From: Candidatus Bathyarchaeia archaeon
Lineage (GTDB): Archaea; Thermoproteota; Bathyarchaeia; Bathyarchaeales; Bathycorpusculaceae
Reading direction: 5' to 3'
DNA: 64,000 nt
NCBI GenBank assembly: GCA_038883715.1
Contig: JAVZLS010000002.1
Coordinates: 32,001 to 96,000, forward strand
Part shown: positions 57,688 to 64,000 of the stretch, one piece after another
Layout: each line of letters starts with the position of its first letter
How positions within the stretch are numbered: the stretch's first letter is position 1
Translations under genes and position numbers: made by a program
Notes under the pieces: model-generated
The model's database searches: none
What the model was told of the DNA's origin: nothing
The model's input: the letters and a program-made list of their open reading frames with translations, nothing else

Positions 57688-58368
57688 TTAACCATTTTTG
57701 GATTTGCGTTTAGTGTAGATTATGGCTGTTGATACTATGGCTATTGCCACGGCTGTTGAGATGCATATAGACATGATTTCTATTGGCAGGTTTGGCGGTG
57801 ATAGCGGGTTTGATGATGACGTTCCTTGCCAAATGTTTGTGCTGGTTGCTTTAAAAGTAGCTGACATGGAGCCTTGAGTTAAAGTTACTTCCACAATGAT
57901 TCCTGTTTCCTTGTCCCAGCAGTAGCTGAACTGCATGTCTCCTTGTGTTAGGCTTGCGTAGACAACGGTTCTGCTTGCTCCGGCATAAGTTCCTGTTTTT
58001 TCACCAGCAATGGTTACGCTGCTTCCTTCTACCGCTGGAATGATATCTCCGGTCCTTAAGTTTGCTGGTATAAGTGCTTGGAAAGTCGCGTTTCCAGTGC
58101 CGCTTGCAACGTCCCACGTCATGATTTCAGTCTGTTCTGCTCCATTGCTGAAGTGTGTTGTCACGCGTAACGTTGCAACTGTTCCCGCTGCTGATAGGCA
58201 TTCCACTTTAACCCATTGGATAAACTCGCTTGGCAAATTGTTGCCCGAAACATATTCGCATTTTATCCAGTCATCTGCTTTAACGCCTAACTGCGCGGTA
58301 GCGTAAACTGAACCTAAACAGAGTAGAAAAAGGATGATGATTGTTCCCAGAGCAACTGCCTTACTCAT
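57688..58368 (-). CDS. Exported protein with C-terminal membrane anchor
   Basis: Signal peptide, beta-rich body with WDKETG, C-terminal TM + basic tail. Confidence 0.78.
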   Translation of the reverse strand: MSKAVALGTIIILFLLCLGSVYATAQLGVKADDWIKCEYVSGNNLPSEFIQWVKVECLSAAGTVATLRVTTHFSNGAEQTEIMTWDVASGTGNATFQALIPANLRTGDIIPAVEGSSVTIAGEKTGTYAGASRTVVYASLTQGDMQFSYCWDKETGIIVEVTLTQGSMSATFKATSTNIWQGTSSSNPLSPPNLPIEIMSICISTAVAIAIVSTAIIYTKRKSKNG

Positions 58369-58384
58369 AGCGTTGACCCTCCCA

Positions 58385-60199
58385 TCATCCTCGTTTCACG
58401 ATCATTGCGGCTATCACAGATGCAACCGCTACGATGGCAACCGACAATATCAGCCACCAGTAGCTTAATATGCCCGTAAAGTCAAAGCCGCCACCACCGG
58501 CTGCGCCACCGCCGCCGCTTAAATGCGCTGCTAACTGGTGGTAGCTGTGGTGGTATTGCACGTAGATTTGAGCGTATCCGCCAGCCTGACTTATCTGAAA
58601 GTCTATGGGCTGATCGTCTAATGTCACTTTTACGGCTGAAAGCGAACTAATCATTTCAACTGGTATGGTGATGTTGGCTATTCCCGTTGTTCCGTCTGGA
58701 CCGCCAACGTTTACGCTTAAAGTCATGCTTGTAGAGTTGAAGACCACGCCAAGCACAGAAGAGTTTGTTGAAACGTACATTCTCTTGTTTCGCCACTCTA
58801 GCTGCATGCGAATCCAACCTTCCGGCAAAACGGAGATGAAAGCGTTCAAACCAGTCGCTGCAGCCTCATGACCATCATCTATGCCGTCACCATCCGTATC
58901 CCTTCTTATGGGGTCTGTCCGGAAAACTTTGATTTCAACACCGTCGCTGAGTCCATCCCCATCAGTATCTGGATTTAATAGATTTAACGGGTAAGTTCCA
59001 ACACCAGCCCGCTTTATGTTAAACTCATGCTCTTCCAAGTTGGTCAACCCGTCATTGTCATAGTCTTTGTAGATGTCTGTTGGATCCAGTGGGTTAAAGT
59101 ATCCACAGAAAATTTCTTCGCGGTCAGATAGGCCGTCTCCGTCGCTGTCCGGGTTGGAGGATATTGGAAGGCTTAAGTCTATAAGATATGGAACGTCTCT
59201 TATTGTTTTAATGAAGGCGGCTATGGAATCGTTGAGGGGCGACCATGTCCAACATTTGGCGCCATAAAAAATCGTGTGTTTGTTGCTTCCATCAACATTT
59301 ATAGCTGTGATGTTACTACTATCCCACCAAATATTATATGGATGGTAATCATATCTTCCTCCATAATTAACTTCCGTGTATGTTAGCATTGTTCCATTCG
59401 GCGCCCAATTTAAATGCATTGCAATGTTGTTTTCTGAGATATCAGCAATCTTGGTTAGGTTGGTTCCATCGGAGTTAATTATCCAAACGCCAGTGTACGT
59501 TGTGAAGGCTATCTTGTCGTTTGATGGAGAAAACCTAACGCTAAACATCTGGTTATCTGTCCCCTCAAGTTCCAGAACCAGTGATCTCTCGCTTGTTTCG
59601 AGGTTGACTTTCCAAATGCGACTGAAATGGGTGTAGGGATATGTAGAATGGTTCTCTGCAAATTCTGTGTAAAGTAATGTTGTGCCATCCCTTGATAAGT
59701 CAAAGAATGTGGGTACGCATGAGGAGCAACTATTAACGTAGGTTATGAAAGTTGGATTGGTACCATCCAAGTTCTTTGAATATATTGCGGAAGAAGGAGC
59801 AAATACATAGCTGGCGTTGATGTAGAATATTTTTGAATCGTCTGGCGAAATAACAAAATTATCAAACACGCCTTGACCGCTATAGCCCCACAGATTACAA
59901 GAGTCACTAATCGGCGACCAAGTGCTTGCGTTAATTACCACAAAACGGTCAGAACCAGCTATTAATAGTATCTCTCCAGAAGGGGACCATGCGATGCTTG
60001 TTGCGATCATGCCTCCAGAATTCCACATGATATGTCCATCTTCTGTTTGCCATACTTGAGGCGCAGGCCAATAAATGATCCTTGGATTGGCATTAACGGT
60101 AGATTCAGCTGCGTTTGAAAGAGGGATTCTGCAAAGTCCAAACATTGTTGAAGCAAGGATAAAGGTTATTGCGGCGATAGACAATGATCTTTTTAACAT
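58385..60199 (-). CDS. Cell-surface protein: TolB-like beta-propeller + Ca-binding DxDGDG repeats + C-terminal anchor
   Basis: Signal peptide; WSP/FSP/WAP repeats; DSDGDGLSD, DYDNDGLTN, DTDGDGLSD, DTDGDGIDD; Gly linker, TM, KRG. Confidence 0.82.
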   Translation of the reverse strand: MLKRSLSIAAITFILASTMFGLCRIPLSNAAESTVNANPRIIYWPAPQVWQTEDGHIMWNSGGMIATSIAWSPSGEILLIAGSDRFVVINASTWSPISDSCNLWGYSGQGVFDNFVISPDDSKIFYINASYVFAPSSAIYSKNLDGTNPTFITYVNSCSSCVPTFFDLSRDGTTLLYTEFAENHSTYPYTHFSRIWKVNLETSERSLVLELEGTDNQMFSVRFSPSNDKIAFTTYTGVWIINSDGTNLTKIADISENNIAMHLNWAPNGTMLTYTEVNYGGRYDYHPYNIWWDSSNITAINVDGSNKHTIFYGAKCWTWSPLNDSIAAFIKTIRDVPYLIDLSLPISSNPDSDGDGLSDREEIFCGYFNPLDPTDIYKDYDNDGLTNLEEHEFNIKRAGVGTYPLNLLNPDTDGDGLSDGVEIKVFRTDPIRRDTDGDGIDDGHEAAATGLNAFISVLPEGWIRMQLEWRNKRMYVSTNSSVLGVVFNSTSMTLSVNVGGPDGTTGIANITIPVEMISSLSAVKVTLDDQPIDFQISQAGGYAQIYVQYHHSYHQLAAHLSGGGGAAGGGGFDFTGILSYWWLILSVAIVAVASVIAAMIVKRG

Positions 60200-60356
60200 G
60201 ATGTTTCCCTCATACTTTTAGTGTTTATTACGAAAGCATACTCTAAAAGACTTACGCACAACAAATTCTAAAAATTCATCAAAATTTCAACTAAACTTCA
60301 TGCAACATTCTGAACATATTGCAAAGATCCGACGTCACACAACAAATTTTTATGTG

Positions 60357-60423
60357 TCAGTTCGCCCGTCGAGTCATATCACAGCTTATGCCAAAGCTCT
60401 ATTGACTCTCCAGCTCATCATCC
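60357..60423 (-). ncRNA. Box C/D sRNA predicted to guide 2'-O-methylation of 16S C1402 (E. coli numbering)
   Basis: GG-AUGAUGA(C)-GCUGGAG-AGUCAAUAGA-GCUU-UGGCAU-AAGC-UGUGAUAUGACU-CGACGGGCG-AA-CUGA(D). Intergenic, with perfect C and D boxes, an internal K-turn hairpin, and a guide complementary to CGCCCGUCG. Confidence 0.85.
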
Positions 60424-60446
60424 AAAATTAAAATGTAAATAATCCA

Positions 60447-60460
60447 ATTTAAGGCTTATT
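60447..60460 (-). promoter_or_regulatory. BRE-TATA candidate for the C/D sRNA
   Basis: AATAAGCCTTAAAT about 25-30 nt upstream of box C. It resembles the AAAG(C/T)(C/T)TTTA motifs upstream of hypE, suhB and slyD in this window. Confidence 0.55.
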
Positions 60461-60849
60461 TAGGTATCCTTTTTCTTTCGCCTTCTTAATAAATCCAAAT
60501 ATTCTTTCATTGATTTTTCAATATCCCATCTAAATCCAAGCTCTCCAAAGGTTGCATTCCACCAGCTTATAAATCTCTTTAAAGAAATCTTCACAAAAAG
60601 CATGAAAGTGGCCGTCGGAATAATTAATACCAATAAAATGTTCAGTGGAAACCTAAAAGTCGCGATAAAATATAAGCTTAGCAAAAACTCCCCTACCAAA
60701 AATATTGGCACTAAAATTCCCCAGAAAATGCCACCAGCCCCCTCAAGGAAGTCTGTTCCCGGAATTTTCAAAATTAACCTATAAAACCATGGCAAGTCTT
60801 TCTCTTCAATACGCCTCAATTCGTCTTCCTTTTCTTTCATGGAAACCAT
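60460..60849 (-). CDS. Hypothetical 2-TM membrane protein
   Basis: Two hydrophobic helices, charged termini; AT-rich. Confidence 0.7.
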   Translation of the reverse strand: MVSMKEKEDELRRIEEKDLPWFYRLILKIPGTDFLEGAGGIFWGILVPIFLVGEFLLSLYFIATFRFPLNILLVLIIPTATFMLFVKISLKRFISWWNATFGELGFRWDIEKSMKEYLDLLRRRKKKDT

Positions 60850-60924
60850 ACACTTTAACGATTTTGTAAGACTTAAGCTTTACATTGAAAATATGCTGGA
60901 ATGGGACACTGCTTTTACCCCGGG

Positions 60925-61740
60925 CTAGCCTTCCACAACTCCAATCTTAGTTACTGACAGTCCCCTTCTTTCCAATTCATGGATAAAAGGGTTTATCCCC
61001 AGCGAGTCGCTAGCAATATGCCCGGTCACTATCAAGTTGCCTTTACCCTCCGCCTTCAGTTTTTCCAGGTCCGATGGGCTTATGTGAATGTAAATTAGCG
61101 TGTTGACACCGTGCTCAAAGTACGTTTTAGCAATTTCATACCCTCCGTTAGTGGCTGCCGCATGGGAAACAACAACTTTTCCAGCCTTGTTTTCAACTTT
61201 TCCAAGGCAAACACTGACTTTTGTAAGGGAGTTTCTGAATTCCGGAAGCCCCATCAAGGCGGAAACCACATCTCCAACCGTAGAGTCTTCTCCCACTTTT
61301 TTGTTGATCTGCTCAACCATCCGTTTTCTCCCAATCTCGTCTAAAGGCATATGTATATTCATAAAGGGTATCTTCAAAAGCCTTGCAAAATCCACGGCAT
61401 GAGCATAATTTCGAGCATGTGCTTCTACACTCAATTGTTCAAATTTCCTTTTTACAGCCATTTCAGCCTTTTCCAGTGGAACACCAGCGTCCACCATCTG
61501 CTGAACATGCCTCATAAAAACCCTTGGAAAGCCAAGAATAGCTGATCCGCCAGCCGGGTGATGAGCTATGACGACGTCGTAGCCTAGCTGCTTGGCAAGT
61601 AGAAGCTCTACTGGTCCAGCATCTATGCAGAACAAGACTCGCCGGATGTTTTCGCCTTCAATGTAGATGGTGCTGTCCTCTGGGATTTCAGTTAAACCAG
61701 CAAGCTTTAGGGCTAACTCCATAATCTCTTCAGCGTTCAA
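60925..61740 (-). CDS. Nif3-like dinuclear metal-centre protein
   Basis: FCID, AHHP, NIHMPLD, GHIASDSLG. Confidence 0.75.
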   Translation of the reverse strand: MNAEEIMELALKLAGLTEIPEDSTIYIEGENIRRVLFCIDAGPVELLLAKQLGYDVVIAHHPAGGSAILGFPRVFMRHVQQMVDAGVPLEKAEMAVKRKFEQLSVEAHARNYAHAVDFARLLKIPFMNIHMPLDEIGRKRMVEQINKKVGEDSTVGDVVSALMGLPEFRNSLTKVSVCLGKVENKAGKVVVSHAAATNGGYEIAKTYFEHGVNTLIYIHISPSDLEKLKAEGKGNLIVTGHIASDSLGINPFIHELERRGLSVTKIGVVEG

Positions 61741-61851
61741 GGACTCACTCTCCTTTAGGAACCAGATAATTTTTCTAGCTATCTATTTATGAGTTCTGCA
61801 AAATTTTATCAATCTACAGCCCAAAATAATCAGTTGTGGACGCGTGACGTT

Positions 61852-62373
61852 ATGGACGTTTTCGAAGCCATAAAAGGAAGACGCAGCATAAGAGCCTTCA
61901 AAGATGCTGACATTTCAACTGAAACCGTTGAGAAACTCATTGACGCCGCTAGATGGGCTCCCTCCGCTGGGAATATCCAGCCATGGGAGTTCATAGTTGT
62001 CCGTAACCCAGAAACTAAAAAGCGGCTGGCTGAAGCTGCGTTAGGGCAATCCTTCATCGAGGAGGCGCCAGTCGTAATTGTTGTATGCGCAGATGAGGAG
62101 CGTTCTGCAAGAGGCTATGGCGCACGTGGAAGAACCCTTTACTGCATACAGGACACGGCTGCAGCCATACAAAACATTCATTTGGCAGCCTACGCAATAG
62201 GTTTGGGCACGTGCTGGATTGGAGCCTTCAGAGAAGAGGAAGCAAGAAAAATCCTGCAAGTTCCAGAAGGCGTAAGACCAGTAGCCATGATACCAGTTGG
62301 CTACCCGGCTGAGTCTCCACCGCTGAGGAGTAGGCGACCCTTAAAGCAGATAATCCATTATGAAAAGTTTTAG
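61852..62373 (+). CDS. Nitroreductase family protein
   Basis: RRSIRAF, APSAGNIQPWEF, GLGTCWIG; start ATG 61852. Confidence 0.93.
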   Translation: MDVFEAIKGRRSIRAFKDADISTETVEKLIDAARWAPSAGNIQPWEFIVVRNPETKKRLAEAALGQSFIEEAPVVIVVCADEERSARGYGARGRTLYCIQDTAAAIQNIHLAAYAIGLGTCWIGAFREEEARKILQVPEGVRPVAMIPVGYPAESPPLRSRRPLKQIIHYEKF

Positions 62374-62392
62374 GAGAGCGCCAACTTTGAAA

Positions 62393-63151
62393 ATGCGAAG
62401 CTACTATTTGGGCGAACTAACATGGGTTGATGTAGAAGAGTTCCTGAAAGTACATAAAACCGTGGTTGTGCCTGTCGGAAGCTGTGAGCAGCATGGTCCT
62501 CATTTGCCACTAGACACGGACGCTTATGACGCCTTTTGGCTTTCCATGAAGGCTGCTGAAAAAGCAGAATGCGCCCTTGTGGCTCCACCCATATATTATG
62601 GCGTTTCGCTACACCACATGGGCTTTCCGGGAACAATAACACTGAATCCGCAAACTTTTGAGCAAATGGCCTATGAAGTGGGCGCGTGCCTAACAAAGCA
62701 TGGATTCACAAAAATACTTTTTGAAAACGGCCACGGCGGAAACACCCCAGCCCTAGAGGCCGCAGCCCAGAGAATTAAGGCTGAAACCGGCGCTTTCGTA
62801 GCCATAGACACAGTCAGCCTCATACCAGACTTCATAGAACAGTTCATAGAAACATTCTATGATGCGCATGCCGGAGAGTTCGAAACATCCACAACGCTGG
62901 CCAACCGCGAAAACGCTGTTGCCAAGGAAAGAATTACAAAGCCGAGGCTAAACCTTCCAAAGTCGAAGTACACAAAAATTGGACTGAAGGAGGTTGGGCC
63001 AAAAGTTTCATGGGCTTTCGGAACAAGAGAGATTAGCAACACTGGCGTAATAGGCGACCCAACAAAAGCTTCAAAGGAGAAAGGCGAAAAGGCTTGGCGG
63101 CTTGCCATAGAGCGGTTGGCGGAACTTTTAAAAGAACTGGACAACATGTAA
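62393..63151 (+). CDS. Creatininase family amidohydrolase (ArfB/MftE-like)
   Basis: GSCEQHGPHLPLDTD, NGHGGN, HAGEFETS, GVIGDP. Confidence 0.92.
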   Translation: MRSYYLGELTWVDVEEFLKVHKTVVVPVGSCEQHGPHLPLDTDAYDAFWLSMKAAEKAECALVAPPIYYGVSLHHMGFPGTITLNPQTFEQMAYEVGACLTKHGFTKILFENGHGGNTPALEAAAQRIKAETGAFVAIDTVSLIPDFIEQFIETFYDAHAGEFETSTTLANRENAVAKERITKPRLNLPKSKYTKIGLKEVGPKVSWAFGTREISNTGVIGDPTKASKEKGEKAWRLAIERLAELLKELDNM

Positions 63152-63176
63152 ACACAAACAACCACAGTGTGGTTTT

Positions 63177-63578
63177 ATGAGCAATTTGGAAGAAGGTTTA
63201 AGATGGCTAGACCAGGCAGAAGCCGATTTCAAAACAGCCAAAGACTGCTTGGAAGATGGAAACTATTATGCGTGTGCCTTTTTCGCCCAGCAGTCGGCTG
63301 AAAAAGCGTTGAAAGGTTTCCTATATTCAAAGGGCTACAGAGCCCTTATAACGCATTCCGTCACCGAGCTTCTTGAGGAAGCCTCAAGGGTCGAGGGAAA
63401 CTTTGGAAGGTTTGGTGATTATGGAAGAGAGCTTGATAGACATTACATTGGTTCCAGATACCCCAACTTTTATCCAAAAGGACCCGCATACAAGTATTAT
63501 ACGGAGGAAATAGCCCGAAGATGCTTAAATTACGCAGAGTTAATATTGAAAGAAGTGAAGAGGTTTTTGAGAAAATAA
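63177..63578 (+). CDS. HEPN domain protein (HEPN-MNT module)
   Basis: WLDQAEAD, FFAQQSAEKALK, THS, RHYIGSRYP. Confidence 0.92.
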   Translation: MSNLEEGLRWLDQAEADFKTAKDCLEDGNYYACAFFAQQSAEKALKGFLYSKGYRALITHSVTELLEEASRVEGNFGRFGDYGRELDRHYIGSRYPNFYPKGPAYKYYTEEIARRCLNYAELILKEVKRFLRK

Positions 63579-63868
63579 GGGCTTATGTAAACGAGGTTGT
63601 CAACCGTCTTAACCCACAGCTAGTCATTCTTTTCGGCTCCTTTGCCACCGGCGACATAAATGAAGGCTCGGATGTTGATATACTCGTTGTTGCGGATTTT
63701 AAGGAAGGCTTTCTTGAACGTATAGGAACGCTGATGAAATTGAATACTTTTGGCATACCAGTAGAGCCTTTAGGCTACACGCCCGAGGAGTTTGAAGATA
63801 TGAAAAGGCGGAAAACCCCATTCATTTTAGAAGTTTTGGAGAAGGGCAGGATCCTTTACAAGTCGTAA
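63521..63868 (+). CDS. Minimal nucleotidyltransferase (MNT)
   Basis: LFGSFATG....GSDVD (GSx10DxD), YTPEEF; overlaps HEPN. Confidence 0.92.
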   Translation: MLKLRRVNIERSEEVFEKIRAYVNEVVNRLNPQLVILFGSFATGDINEGSDVDILVVADFKEGFLERIGTLMKLNTFGIPVEPLGYTPEEFEDMKRRKTPFILEVLEKGRILYKS

Positions 63869-63928
63869 GTATGCGGTTGCGTCAAACTTAATATATTTGG
63901 CTTGTTCCTATCAACGTGAGGGTCAATT

Positions 63929-64000
63929 TTGTTTTACTCTGAAATTGCTGACGCCTACGAAAAAATTGAAGCCACAACCAAAAGGCTTGAAATGACAGAT
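63929..64000 (+). CDS. lig: ATP-dependent DNA ligase, N-terminus only
   Basis: TTG start: MFYSEIADAYEKIEATTKRLEMTD, a typical archaeal ligase N-terminus; runs off the window. Confidence 0.75.
   Translation, partial: MFYSEIADAYEKIEATTKRLEMTD

Noticed and set aside
1-64000. CRISPR array, IS elements, rRNA genes, Sec/Pyl readthrough or frameshifted genes
   Set aside because: By eye I saw no regularly spaced repeats, transposases, rRNA-like blocks or interrupted conserved frames. A computational scan would be needed to exclude subtle cases.

Overview
This is an archaeal core-genome window, most likely Bathyarchaeia (TACK). The assignment is inferred from gene content and order, not from a database search. 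From left to right it holds the uL22-uS3-uL29-Rpp29-uS17-uL14-uL24-eS4 ribosomal block, the [NiFe]-hydrogenase maturation genes hypE and hypF-C-D split by a three-gene insert, TrmB, and a tetraether synthase (Tes/GDGT-MAS) homologue. A complete 9-gene beta-oxidation/ETF operon follows. Further on are tRNA-Gly(GCC), hisS, a splicing endonuclease subunit, mtnA, egsA, psmB-aCPSF1, SepF, Lsm-eL37, uS10, Mre11-Rad50, eL22, an ABC transporter, surface proteins, a HEPN-MNT pair and the start of DNA ligase. The strongest novel signal links two elements. One is an intact bacterial-type RsmH (16S m4C1402 methyltransferase) directly downstream of the tRNA and divergent from a Nop2/RsmF-like + PUA/Nip7-like pair. 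The other is an unannotated box C/D sRNA (60357-60423, minus) whose split guide matches 16S helix 44 and, by the N+5 rule, targets that same C1402. Together they suggest a chimeric archaeal-guide plus bacterial-enzyme route to m4Cm1402. Other leads are a strand-skew switch with repeats next to the tRNA (possible origin), a PUA/EVE-like + HhH gene pair, eL22, and two unannotated small proteins. No CRISPR array, transposase or integrase was seen.
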